Source: Eledone cirrhosa
Lineage: Eukaryota
Direction of reading: 5' to 3'
DNA: 64,000 nucleotides
Assembly: GCA_964016885.1 (NCBI GenBank)
Contig: OZ024753.1
Span: 39,866,001-39,930,000 of the forward strand
A model generated the notes under the pieces. The model was given only the letters and a program-made list of their open reading frames with translations, did not search any database and was not told the DNA's origin. How positions within the stretch are numbered: the stretch's first letter is position 1; every line of letters begins with the position of its first letter. Made by a program: the position numbers and the translations under genes. This document shows, in pieces, positions 39,932 to 53,519 of this stretch.

Positions 39932-40265
39932 ATAATTGTTTCTACTATTGGCATAAGGCCAGCAATTACCGCAATGCATTACTGGTACTTTATTTTATCG
40001 AACCAGTAAGGATGAAAGGCGAGAATAATAATAAAAATGGCAAATACAATTTTATGTGATCCAAGATACACTGTATTTGGAGGGGGGGGGGAAAAGCAGA
40101 TGAGATGGTCAGAGTTGGGATACATTTTTTTATCATAGATTTAATTGATCGGAACTAAACGTAAGGATGAAAGGAAAAGTTAACCTCGGTGGGATTTGAA
40201 CTCAGAACGTAAAGCATAACTCTATGCTACAAGGCATGGTGTCTGACGCTCTACCGATTCTGTCA
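39932..40265 (-). mobile_element. SINE copy split in two (39932-40020 and ~40160-40265)
   Basis: 3' half and 5' half separated by ~140 bp; GTAAGGATGAAAGG present in both. Confidence 0.75.
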
Positions 40266-41212
40266 AATGAAGCACTAAAGTCGTGTGGATTTAAAGATAA
40301 AATAGAATTTGCCTTATTAAGACCATATGCTCAATCCCACGCTTCTCGTTAATGTAAAACGCAATAAATATAAAATGTTCCAAAGCTCAGTAGACATTCC
40401 CCTTGCCTAACAACAAATATAGGAAATTATTTAACAGGCAAATCATTAAATTAAGTTACAGTTGTACTACAAACGTGAGAAACATACAGCCCAAACCCAC
40501 AACTGCATCCAAGAAAACTCTCTTTCTTTGAACTGACTCTGCTATGCTAAAACAATTAAGTACCCAGCTGAATTTCAGCATTTAGCCCTAAACAAGTCAA
40601 TATTACTTAAAGCTGAATGAAAATTTAAGACACGGTAACTTAGGTGATAACAATGAAAGAAAACGCCTTCAAACACAGTATTATATGGTTTCTTTCTTTC
40701 TTTCACTCTTTCTTTCTTTCTTCCTTTCCTTCTGTCTATTTTCTTACCTAGTCAGAATTCTTAAGTTGAAAATCTAGTTTATCTCCCTTTCTTCATTTCT
40801 CTGACACATCCTGAACGCATCAAACGTTTTAATAATAATACTCGCTTTCATCTGTGATGAGATTCAGTATTGCCTGAAGAACCTTTTAAGAAACTATGAA
40901 ATAACACAAAACAATTTGTAGCCAATTATATCCTGACGTCACCGTTCTCCATTTTCTCTTCCTAAAAAGGATTTAACCCCTAAATATTGAAATACTAAGT
41001 AAATTTGCAAATAACATTTTTGTTCTATCTTGCTTCTCTCTCTGTTTTAATTCCTGCATTTCCAGATTATATTGTAATTATGCACTGCTTCACTTAAACC
41101 ACACACGCACACATATACTCAGACACACACATACATACACGCAGACACACACAGACAGACAGACAATCAGACACACATATATATATGAAATAACGCAACA
41201 CACATACACATG

Positions 41213-41258
<46 letters not shown>

Positions 41259-41485
41259 AATTATGTATGTCCTATACATAATTACAATAGTTATATGCTT
41301 TTGGAACTCAACCAATGCCAAAAATTGATTATAATATCCGGTAAAAATTAAAAAGTACTCACAAACCCAAAAGGCAAGAAACAACGAGGATGATTTTAAT
41401 AATAATAACAACAACAATAATAATAATAATAACAACAGTAATAACAATGATAATAATAAGAATAATAGTAGTGATAATAATAATT

Positions 41486-41905
41486 ATTTCATTTATTAGC
41501 CACAAGGGCCGACATATAGGGGACAATACAAAGACAGGGACAGTGGGGGTTTACAATAAGGTCGAGTAAAAGTGCACAATGGCAAGACTAATTTAACAAT
41601 GAAGATATAAAAATATAAAATAAACTATGCATAAATATAACAAAATAAATTCCCCGATAGGGGGTGGACGACCCTGGGGTGATTCGGGTACCCCACCAAT
41701 CCTGAACCACCCTGCGCTTCTAGGGCACCCAGGAGAGCACCCCTCTCCTCAAGTTAGCCAGCCTATAGGCGCATGGTCAGAGTAGGCCCATTCACACGAG
41801 CCATTCTCGCCACATTCACCCACCTTTTAGCAAATGTACTGGGGGGGGGGGGGGGGGGGGCAGCACTTCTCTCTCTACCCTCACCCTCCTTTCCAGGTGA
41901 AACTT
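41486..41905 (-). mobile_element. L1/Tx1-like LINE 3' end (tail also at ~20521-20575, plus)
   Basis: ORF end STFAKRWVNVARMARVNGPTLTMRL*, then a 3' UTR ending CCCTTGTGGCTAATAAA and a (TTA)n-type tail. Confidence 0.55.
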
Positions 41906-42106
41906 GAAGTAATAATAATAATAGTAATAATAATGATAACAACAACAAAGATTTTCTTTATTATTGGATGGATATAAATCATATTAAATGTTTGGGTAAT
42001 TTATCATATTGCTATTTTTGTTGTTTATCACAAGATCTGTGCTGATCGAACATATCTATGATCAAAGATATACCAGATATGATTGTACGTTTATTTTTGT
42101 TTTCAG

Positions 42107-42190
42107 GTACATTAAGTCCCCCACCTTACGAACATCCTACTTACGATGTTCCGCAGATACGAACAGTCTCACGAAGAAAAAGAAAATTAT
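42107..42190 (+). CDS. Candidate internal coding exon (84 bp, phase 1-1)
   Basis: Acceptor TTATTTTTGTTTTCAG|, donor |GTAAGT; open frame TLSPPPYEHPTYDVPQIRTVSRRKRKL. Confidence 0.55.
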
Positions 42191-42412
42191 GTAAGTTTGA
42201 AATTCACGTTTTTTGGGGGGGCTCTTTCAGATCCTGGGTTTCTTCTTTTGCAGCCCCAAAACAATCCGAAATCATACCTACGTTACGGGTTACCATTCTG
42301 CTTTCACAGAGTTAAAAAAGCACTTTTTTTCTTTAACAATTTATTGTTATTAGCTTTGCAGTATTTAAATTCATTATTACATGTTATATATAACTCTACA
42401 TACTGTTATATA

Positions 42413-42609
42413 TGGTGGTGGATTGGCAGTATCGGTAGAGGGTCGGACGCCATGCTTTGACGCATAGAGTTACTACGGCCCTTGCCATTCTGAGTTCAAA
42501 ATCCCGCCGAGGTTAACTTTGCTTTTCATCCTTACGGGGTCGATAAAATAAAGTACCAGTAACGCACTGGGTAATTGCTGGCCTTGTGCCAAAAAGTATA
42601 AACAATTAT
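42413..42609 (+). mobile_element. Full-length SINE copy
   Basis: Family consensus match. Confidence 0.9.
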
Positions 42610-44540
42610 TACATGTTATATATACCTCTACATACTGTTATATATACCTCTATATCACATGTTATATACACCTCTATATACTGTATGTATATTTATATAT
42701 ATATATATATACATATCATTTATATGGAAACTTGCAGTATCAATGTAGCATATATGGGCTTACTGGTACGTATTGTGTTAGACGATCAACTTACGAACCC
42801 ATGGCTATTTTCTAATCTATAACCAAAGAATGGAATGCGACGTGGCAGAATCGAAAGAGTGTAGGATAGAATACCTTGTGGTGTTTATTCCAACTTGTTG
42901 CGTTCTGAGTTAGAATTATGCCGAGGTTACATATTCACCCTATAGCAAACCTTCAGTCTAGGTTTCTAGTTTAATGACTCTTTTATTCGTATCTTCCATC
43001 TGCCTCAGAGATCCTGAAGGGGATTATAAGCTCTACTCTTCAAACTGAGCGATAGAAAATTGAAAAATATTTTACGGATGAAAGACAACACATTCATTCC
43101 ACTAAAGTGACCACCATTTTCAGTGGGTTATTAAAAAATGTGGTGAATCGATAGAATGGTTCGAAGGTCGGATATAATACCGCTGTGATGATTGGTCTCA
43201 TGCTTCTATCTTCACTTTATTAGGACCCCCATTTGCTCACTATACAGAGAGATGGGGAGGGCGATGGCGGTGGAAGTTCGGCTCTTCCCTGTCCGGAAGC
43301 ATTGCACCAGTGAAGAGTATATTTTCATACTTGTGACAATCAAGCCCCTTTCCTCCCGAAATCCCTACCTACCTTGTACCTTCACTGCACACTTTATTCA
43401 AATTCTGTATTGATTGAGCGCGAGGATTTAAGAAACCATTGAGAAATTACCAACAATAAGAAAACACCACAATCGGAAATGTTAAAAAAAAACAACATCT
43501 ATTGTTAAAATCTTATTGGCATGGATCATATGATATATTATAATGAAATCTCAGAAATAGGAACGGGTTGAAAAAACACAATAAAACATTAACAATCTTC
43601 CTACCATATTATAAGTGAAAACCAAAATCAATACAGCCATACGGCTTGATTTATATTATACACAAATAATAGTTTACCAATAGTAATCTTACTCAATTTA
43701 ACAAAAATCTTACGTTAAGACGAAACGACGCCGTCCAAATATCTTGATAAGTATTCAGTTATTTTCAAAGTTTTCTCCTTTTTCTTCAACTATATTAGAA
43801 ACGAATGTTTTGTCAGATTTTTTCTTTTAACGTTTGTTTCTTTTTTTTCTCCGTATGCTTTTTTTTTTTTTTTTTTTTTTTTTTTGTATATATTTGATTT
43901 CTTCTTCATCTTTAGATATTTTTTTTCACTGTGTCTTCTTAGCTTTCGTTTAACTGATGACAAGAACTCACTAAGCTCATTAATCTTTTTCTGGCAGAGT
44001 GTCTGAGTAGCTGCAGAGAAAATAACTTACGTTTGAGAGAATACTATACTAAATGATTGTTACATCTAGGAAGGTGGAAACAGAAAAGGGAGGCAAAGGG
44101 TTATTGAATGGATATGAGTAAAGCAACAATGACTGATTATGTATGATAAAAACGGATAAAACTGGATTCTTCGGAATTAATTTTTGCTTTTGGTCATAGT
44201 GTCTGATTTAATACATAGCGGGACAATAATATATTGCAATAGCGACGTTAAAATCACTGTGGCTGGTTATAAACGGTAAAAGGTTTAGTTCATTAAGAAA
44301 CTAGATAAAAGTTTATGTAGTTGTATAGCTACTGATAGCGAATTCGCTGCGTGCATACGAAATGAACGTCCCTTCCTGTTGGAGCTAATCAATGAATGCT
44401 TATTTGGACTTTTGGGGGGAAATAGACAGGACAGAGAAAGACCGAGAAAGCAAACAACAAATAAAGCTTAATAATTCGCTACAATAATTGAAATCAATCG
44501 TATTTCTAAGGAGTAATGAGAGTATTATAAATTTTGAATA

Positions 44541-44716
44541 TAGCGTATTTTCCGGCGTCGAAGACGCTATTTTTTCCATGAAATAAGTCTAAAAAATCTA
44601 CCATACGTCCTGGAGGCCTATGTTTGTTTCTTCTTTTTTTTTTTTTTAATTTTTGTTGTCAAAAATTAGGGTGCGTCTTCGAGGACGAAGCGTCATCGGC
44701 ACCGGGAAATACGATA
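44541..44716. mobile_element. Tc1/mariner-superfamily MITE, degenerate
   Basis: TA-GCGTATTTTCCGGCGTCGAAGACGC ... GCGTCATCGGCACCGGGAAATACGA-TA inverted termini. Confidence 0.6.
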
Positions 44717-44805
44717 TGTTATCTTCAACTCAGATTTTTTTTATCACGAGAAGAAATAGTCGAATAGCCTTTAGAGATGAGAAAATATGGACAGCGCCAT
44801 GACAC

Positions 44806-44842
<37 letters not shown>

Positions 44843-45061
44843 GACCAATACGAACTAACATATTTTTGTGACATATGATTTTGAGGACATATACCTCACT
44901 AATATTGATTTATTTAGCAGTCAGAAAAGTATGTGTACATTCCTAGATAATCTCACGACTACGTTGCAACAACACTTGTTCACACAGGCCACGTCCCTAT
45001 TATATTCTCTCTCTCTCTCTCACCTTATAAATATTTCTCTCTCCCTGTATCTATCTTCTAC

Positions 45062-45096
<35 letters not shown>

Positions 45097-45119
45097 CACA
45101 CGCTCTATCTTTATGCCTA

Positions 45120-45582
45120 CATATATATATATATATATAGATATATATATATAAACGTGTACATATATGTAAACGTATATATATATAAACGTGTATGTAT
45201 ATATATATAAACGTGTATGTATATATCTATATAAACGTGTATATATATAAACGTGTGTATATATATATATATATATAAACGTATATATATAAATATATAT
45301 ATATAAACGTGTATATATATATATATAAACGTGTATATATATATATATATAAACGTGTATATATATATATATATAAACGTGTATATATATATATATATAA
45401 ACGTGTATATATATATATAAACGTGTATATATATATATAAACGTGTATATATATATATAAACGTGTATATATATATATATAAACGTGTATATATATATAT
45501 ATATATAAACGTGTATATATATATATATATAAACGTGTATATATATATATATATAAACGTGTATATATATATATATATAAAC

Positions 45583-45625
<43 letters not shown>

Positions 45626-45656
45626 CGTGTATATATATATATATATATACATAAAC

Positions 45657-45720
<64 letters not shown>

Positions 45721-45776
45721 GTGTATATATATATATATATATATATACACATAAACGTGTATATATATATATAAAC

Positions 45777-45854
<78 letters not shown>

Positions 45855-45855
45855 G
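45120..45855. repeat. (TA)n-AAACGTG minisatellite
   Basis: AAACGTG core recurs between variable TA runs. Confidence 0.95.
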
Positions 45856-46217
45856 TGTATATATGTATATATATGTATGTGTGTGTGTGTGTGGTACAAG
45901 TCAACACGTGACCGCGTAGGACAGCTTCAAAGACTCAATTCTTGATGTTGATATGTTTAATTATTTCATCTGTCGTTGATAATGTCTTATGCGGCTCATT
46001 AGAGCTGAAAAAGAAAAAAAAAAAAGACTCGCATGTCATACCATAATGTCCGCTGTCAGTTCTTATGCTAGAGCCAATCTATCGGGATGCTGAGATTTGT
46101 AATGGCGAGTCCAATGGCTGGCCTATATACTTTGTTATACACGCTGTTAGCGAAATCGAGCTGAATATCTTATTGGTAGACGGTGGTATTTCTATGATGT
46201 CGTTATTGGTCAATTAG

Positions 46218-46292
46218 GATTGTTTTGGAAAAGCAAACTCGGCCACATTCGTCGCACGAAAGGGATTCTTTCCACCCTTTCTCAGGAAGTAG
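46218..46292 (+). CDS. Weak candidate exon (75 bp, phase 2-2)
   Basis: TTAG| ... AG|GTAAAA; frame IVLEKQTRPHSSHERDSFHPFSGS; poor pyrimidine tract. Confidence 0.3.
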   Translation, partial: DCFGKANSATFVARKGFFPPFLRK

Positions 46293-46597
46293 GTAAAATC
46301 TTCTTATGTTTACATATATTTACAGTTTACAGTGGTATTGGGTCACCAGAAGGGTTTCTTTCGAGCCTTTCTCGGGAAGTAGGTAACATCTTCATATATT
46401 TACATATATTTACAGATATTTAACATTTACAGTGGTATAACGGTCACCAGAAGGGTTTCTTTCGAGCCTTTCTCGGGAAGAAGGTAACTCCTTAATATAT
46501 TTACAGTTTAAGGGGTATAGGGTCCCCAGAAGGGATTCTTTCGAGCCTTTCTCGGGAAATAGGTAACAGCTTCATATATTTACATATATATACAGTC
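46255..46597 (+). repeat. 4-copy ~80-100-bp tandem repeat
   Basis: AAGGG(A/T)TTCTTTC...CCTTTCTC.GGAA..AGGTAA....TTTACAG repeated. Confidence 0.9.
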
Positions 46598-46694
46598 TAC
46601 TAGTATCGAGTACATTGTTGAATAATAGTTTGACTTGTTTAATATTGGTATAATCCTAATCTCTTTCTCTCTCTCTCACTCTCCCCCCCCCCCC

Positions 46695-46752
<58 letters not shown>

Positions 46753-46788
46753 AAGGTTAAATAGTCTTTTCTGTAAGCCGTCAACAAC

Positions 46789-46850
<62 letters not shown>

Positions 46851-47511
46851 TCACACAGGTGTATATATGTATATACGAAGCAATGATCCCCATCTGTTTG
46901 AAACATACTAAACTAAACTAAGTATTTCAGTCAGTTTCCAAGCTCTGGCAATGGACGACGATTTAGAAGAAAATAGAATTTAAATACACAACGCTGGAAA
47001 GATGTATGAGAAATGTTTGTTCTGGTAATAGACATTTGGTAGTACAACGTCGTTATTTTAAAGAATTATTAAATTTAGCTATTGATAGTCAAATTTAGAT
47101 TTAATATTAGCGTTTATTATTCATACTACGCAATGATCACTAAAGACAAAAACTATAATCTATTTTATTCTCAGTGTATTCATATATATACATTAGATGG
47201 TTACTTCCTCCATTGATTATTATCACATTTACTTCTTGCCTCCATAAATCAGCAACCACGACTAGCTTTAGTTTCCATTGCTATTTTGCTATTTTCATAT
47301 ACATATATGATATATGGATATAAGGATATGCGAATATATACATGCTACAACACTATCGATGCTAATGTGAAATAGTGCGTTCGCATCAGTATATGATGAC
47401 AGACTACTGTCCGAAACCTTAAAAACTTTTCCTACTATATCAAGCGTTAAACTAATATTTAATCATTGTAGCGTGTCGTTTGCTTTGTTGTTTCTGTTTA
47501 CCTTTTGCATA

Positions 47512-47596
<85 letters not shown>

Positions 47597-47726
47597 TATA
47601 TCTAGCTGTAACGGCTGGAGCTCAGCCGTCGGTGTCCTGACTCTTTTCTTATTAACCACTCTACTACCCTAAGTATCATGTACTCTGGTGCGTTATGGTA
47701 CACCTGGTTTCTTACCACACTTACTT

Positions 47727-47771
<45 letters not shown>

Positions 47772-47797
47772 AGTAACACAACAGTTAGTTCACCATA

Positions 47798-47838
47798 CTG
47801 AGAACAATTGTTTCACCTTATGCGGATCTTCAGCTCGG
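47798..47838 (-). ncRNA. Type I minimal hammerhead motif (family H)
   Basis: Minus strand: CCGAG-CTGAAGA-T CC GCATAA GG T-GAAA-CAATTG-TT-CTCAG. Confidence 0.75.
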
Positions 47839-47936
47839 ACTGGTACTAACTGTTGTGTTACTATTTCTACCAAACTCGTCCATGGACTGAGTGCTCTACC
47901 ACTACGGATATTACCTTCCAGTATTCTCCCCCACCC

Positions 47937-47989
<53 letters not shown>

Positions 47990-48249
47990 CTATATATAAC
48001 GAAGGAGTTGTGGTAATGAAACAGATGAACCACCAGGGTACTCAATACTTACGGTAGTAGAGTGGGTAATAGGAAAATGTATGACCCCGACACAGAGCTC
48101 AAGCCGTTTCGACGGCTATTTCTGGACAGAAATAGCCGTCGAAACTGCTTGAGCTCTGCCGTCGGGGTCATATATATATATTTATTTATACGTATGTATA
48201 TGCTGCATGGTGTGTGGTGTGTCTGTGCGCATGTGCATGCATGTGTCTG

Positions 48250-48287
<38 letters not shown>

Positions 48288-48806
48288 ATAAATGACTTCT
48301 AAAAACCTGTTAGTCGTGGTGTTCAGTACGATACTTTAATATATAATAAAACCTATAATGTTTCTCTCTATTTTCACAGTAAAGACATTAGTAGACTAAG
48401 TCTATGAGTCATCGATTGATTGTATTGATATTATCGGTATCGTTACAACACCCCCTACCTTAACACACAACCTCCTTATTGTATTGATATCCTTAATATC
48501 ACTACACCCCCCCCCCCCTACCTCAACATAAGCATATTACCTCCTTTTATATCTCTCTATATATTCAACTTTCTCTCTTTAATCCTTTTCTTGCTTAATA
48601 TTATAATCCCCCCACGTTCGCTATTCCTTTGTTCTTTTTTTCTTTCTTTCGTTCTTTTGTTCTTTCTTTCTCTCTTTCCCTTTTTTTCTTTCTTTCTCTC
48701 TTTCCTTTTTTTTTTCCTTCTTTCTCACCTTTTTATTTATTTATTTATTTCTCCTTTTTTTCTTTCTTTTTTCTCTGCGTTTCCTTTCTTTTATCTACGG
48801 TGGCCT

Positions 48807-48888
<82 letters not shown>

Positions 48889-48949
48889 CCCAAGGTTCTG
48901 ATACCATCAACACTATACACACAGAGCTGGCATATCTAAGAACTGACTA

Positions 48950-49005
48950 ACTGCCTGATGAGGTCATAGCCATTCAATGGCTATCATCGAAATATATATA
49001 GCAGT
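48950..49005 (+). ncRNA. Type I minimal hammerhead motif in a (TA)n-flanked ~165-bp insert (48887-49050)
   Basis: ACTGC-CTGATGA-GGTC ATAGCCATT c AATGGCTAT CATC-GAAA-TATATA-TA-GCAGT. Confidence 0.87.
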
Positions 49006-49329
49006 AAATAAAGGATTATGAGTTCATACAATTGACTTATGTTTCGTCACTATATATATATATTTCCATCTATCTATCTATCTTTTCATCTATCTGTCTA
49101 TCTTTTCATCTATCTATCTATCTATTTATCTCTCTATCTATATATTTTTTTCTATCTATCTTTCTATCTATCTAAACAAACTCTTACAATCCACCATCTA
49201 TTTTAATATACACACAAGGTCAACTTATGTTCATATGTCCGACTAAAACTTGACAATTGCATCTTAACAAATCCGAATTCCAACATTGACAATTCTAGCT
49301 GAAAACACACCATTATAATAATTACCTTA

Positions 49330-49514
49330 GGGCGGTGGATTGGCAGTATCGGTAGAGAGTCGGCCATGCTTTCCAGCATAGTTACGTCCCTTTACGATCT
49401 GAGTTCAAATCCCGCCGAGGTTGACTTTGCCTTTCATCTTTACGGGGTCGATAAAATAAAGTACCAGTAATGCACTGGGTAATTGCTGGCCTTGTGCCTA
49501 AAGTAGAAACAATT
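49330..49514 (+). mobile_element. Full-length SINE with TSD (more copies 51397-51513-, 52915-53052+, 53053-53235+, partial 56990-57080 and 59740-59788)
   Basis: ATTATAATAATTACCT flanks both ends. Confidence 0.92.
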
Positions 49515-49764
49515 ATAATAATTACCTGTTGATGTGCAATGTTGATGGCAAAATAGATAAAGAGCAAATGCTGTGGGAGAAAAAGGTATATGGATGAGTT
49601 GTTAGCTAAATAACTAGTAACACCATTACATAAAGTAGTGTGTAGTTGTTAGTATTTATATGTAAATGAATGCAATAAGTTATGGTATAGACTGACACAT
49701 AAACACAGAATGATAGACACATACACTCGCATACACAGACAAACACACACACACAGACACACAC

Positions 49765-49823
<59 letters not shown>

Positions 49824-49878
49824 AGCTGTTTGGGAGTACACTCAGACACAACACATATAGGGAGCAAGCTATATATAA

Positions 49879-50209
49879 GTTTATCCCGGGTTCAATCGGG
49901 GTTTACCACAGTAAGTAAGGTACTCAATACATAGCAGAGTATAAATATTTAATATAGAAATGGCTTCAAAAGACTAGAACTGTTTCATTTCTGGAGAAAT
50001 CATCAGAAAATCATCAGGGCTTCCTGGTGATTTCTCCCGAATGAAACAGTTCTACTCCTGTAGAAGCCATTTCTGTATTAAATATAAATAAATAAATATA
50101 TATATATATATATAGTTTTAAATATATATAGTTTTAAACTTTTATACTCTGCTATGTATTGTACCTTACTTACTGTGGTTACCTCCGACTCAACCCGGAA
50201 TAACTTACC
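49879..50209. mobile_element. Family C head-to-head inverted dimer
   Basis: Minus copy 49879-50015 and plus copy 50016-50209 (interrupted by TA); the plus hammerhead has a CTGGTGA core mutation. Confidence 0.8.
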
Positions 50210-50583
50210 TTATATATATATATATATATATAGGAGAGCGAGAGAAAGAGAGAGAGAGAGAATTAAATAATTAGATAAAATACGGCCACCCTCCGGATAA
50301 ACCAGAATGAATTGCCAAATTTGTCGTCTCCAATTCAATCTTGTAATATAATAAAGTAATAACAACAAGATAAATACATCTAGATCCATTTTAGAAACAT
50401 CTACTGTTTTTAAGCCCTGTAAACTCATAGCGTCAAAATTTCATTTTCGTTTTCCGCCTGCAGGCCAGCACAACATGGCGTATTTCTATAGTAATATCCA
50501 ATTTAACAAGCATCAGTACATTAATGTTTGATGAGAACTGAAAGTAGGATATATATATATATGTGTGTTTGTTTGTGTGTGTA

Positions 50584-50614
<31 letters not shown>

Positions 50615-50997
50615 CTAGAGAGAGAGAGAGAGAGAGAGACAGATATATATGTATGTATGTATGTAGCTATGGATGTATGTATGTAGCTATGTATGTATGT
50701 ATGTATGTATGTATGTATGTATGTGTGTGTGTATATATATATAAATCTTTGGGGGACACCCTGTATATTTGTGTGTTTGTGTGTGTATTCATATTCATAT
50801 ATATATATATGTGTGTATATATATATATAAGATGTCCCCCCCAAAAATGTATACACACTTCGACTGCATTCTAATAGATATGTATATAAATCTTTGAGAC
50901 ACCCTGTATATGTGTGTGTATGTATGTACAAATATATATGTACATACACATGTATATGTGTGTGTGTATTTGTATATGTATATATATGTGGGTGTAT

Positions 50998-51033
<36 letters not shown>

Positions 51034-51354
51034 CAGTGATAAATGCGAATATAATGAGTAACGAACATATGAAGTTAATTTGCAGAATTCTCTTTCTTTC
51101 GTTCTTTCCTTCATTATACACACGTGCACAGTTTCTGATATACACAAACACCTGCACATATACAGACAAAGGCACGAACACACCGGATAAGCAAATAGAT
51201 ACGAAATATCAACATTTAATAAATATCATATTTCCGTTGATACATCGGAATGCACATGTGATAATTGAGGAGTTAAATTTCGTTAGGCAGAAATTAGAAA
51301 TGTGTTAAAATCACTGAGACATTCATACATATGGTCACACGCATATATATAAAC

Positions 51355-51400
<46 letters not shown>

Positions 51401-51577
51401 GTTTCTACTTTTGGCACAAGGCCAGCAATTATCCCAGTGCATTACTGGTACTTTATTTTATCGACCCCGTAAGGATGAAAGGCAAAGTTAACCTCGGCGG
51501 GATTTGAACTCAGATTGTAATATAATAAACCTTTGTTTGTACTGCCTCTCTGTTTTTGTTCCCGTTCCAGTTTTCAC

Positions 51578-51638
<61 letters not shown>

Positions 51639-51685
51639 ACATATATATATAAACACATATATATATAAACACATATATATAAACC

Positions 51686-51717
<32 letters not shown>

Positions 51718-52339
51718 AACACACATATATATAAACACATATATATAAACCTATATATAAATATATATATATATATATATAAACACACATATATATAAAC
51801 ACATATATATAAACCTATATATAAATATATATTTACACAAACATGCACATACACCCCCACATATATATATATATATACATATTCATTTATATTAAGGTTA
51901 AAATGTGTGTCTTTTTACTCTGCAGTTTCGCTTGTTTATCACAGGATGGTTATATATATATATAAGAGAGTATTGAAGTTTGCTTGAAGCATTGTGGAAC
52001 AATAAGTAAACATATATAAGTCGTTTGGAAGCCTCGACAATGCAAATCGGTAAATCTCCGGGTAACAAGGTCCGGTGGTGGAGAGAGAGATGTAAGTGGG
52101 TGTACGTTGAGATGCGTGGTGTGTATAAGATGTGTGAGATGTGTAGAATGGAGGGAAGAGTAAAAGGATAAAAATAAAAATAACAACACAAGAGAGAGTT
52201 ACCTTGGGAGAGATTTAATAGTCCCTATATATTTCGGATTCACATCCATCAACTGGGTTTTTTTTCCGGGGTGGGGGAAAAGGTTGTCTGTCGGACAAGT
52301 CCGGAAGGCGTCTTTCGCTGTTTGCTGATTTGAATATCT

Positions 52340-52383
<44 letters not shown>

Positions 52384-52475
52384 TAGAAGGGATATTTAAT
52401 TTGTTGGAAATCCAACAAATATAAATGTTTATAACTGATTCAGAGCACTCGACAAGTTTCTGGAGTAAATATTCA

Positions 52476-52646
52476 ATGATATTAAATAAATGGAAACTAT
52501 ATTTATAAAACCATATTTATTCTATTATATATATTTCAAGGCTACCAAAAAACTTTGGTACGCTTTTTTTTTGGTAGCCTTGAAATATATATAATAGAAT
52601 AAATATGGTTTTATAAATATAGTTTCCATTTATTTAATATCATTGT
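52476..52646. mobile_element. Family D perfect fold-back (~75-bp arms)
   Basis: CAATGATATTAAATAAATGG...GGCTACCAAAAA / TTTTTGGTAGCC...CCATTTATTTAATATCATTG; the turn lies inside hammerhead helix II. Confidence 0.85.
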
Positions 52647-53519
52647 GTATATATATATATATATATATATAAAATCACCTCTACCCCATCACTCCTCTCA
52701 CAACCATCAGAAACGCTAATGAGCTACCATAAGTCTCTATCATCATCATCATCATCCTCATCTTATCATTATTTTCTTCATTAATATTGTTGCTGTTATT
52801 AACGTTATCGCTGTAATGTTTCACAATATTGAGCCTCATGACAACACTCTTTGAGTAAACCCATTATCAAAGCGTTCCATCCATGACAATCCTATCTTAT
52901 TTACTGACAATATATCCAGCATAGAGTTATGGCCCTTTATGTTCTGAGTTCAAATCCGGTAGAGGTTAACTTTGCCTATCATCCTTACAAGGTCGATAAA
53001 ATGAAGCACCAGTAATTCACTGGGGTAATTGCTGGCCTTGTGCCAAAAGTAGGATTGACAGTATCAGTAGAGTCGGATACCATGCTTTCCAGCATAGAGT
53101 TATGTCCCTTTATAGTCTGAGTTCAAATCCTGCTGAGGTTGACTTTGCCTTTCATCCTTACAGGGTCGATAAAATAAAGTACCAGTAATACACTCGAGTA
53201 ATTGCTGGCCTTGTGCCAAAAGTAGAAATACTTATTATCTATATTACGTTTTATTTTTCACAAGATTGAAAGATGTGGTAGTTTGAGGGAAGTTTGGCTG
53301 CTTTTTCTAGTCATTTTAAGCATCCAATGTAAAGTCTCGTTCGTTAAATCCACGTTGTTGATATCGTTGTCTGCAATTATTCTTGTTGTTATTGTTGTTC
53401 TTGTTGTTGTTGCTGTGTCTTCTTTCTTTTTAGTCAGGTCAATGTCTCAAATAGTTTGATCCATAATTAGATGCGTCAAAAACCTTTTGGCAGAATTATT
53501 GTAAAGAGTTATATAAAGA

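Noticed and set aside
43192-43413. GC-richer block or 73-aa ORF as the next exon
   Set aside because: Splicing from 42190 to the AG at ~43221 gives an immediate stop; no independent support
47392-47425. ATGATGA-CAGACTACTGTCC-GAAACC hammerhead-like string
   Set aside because: Core mismatch and no helix I/III pairing; at best a decayed remnant
50270-50490. Minus-strand exon-like unique sequence
   Set aside because: The frames examined are interrupted by stops and splice sites are unconvincing
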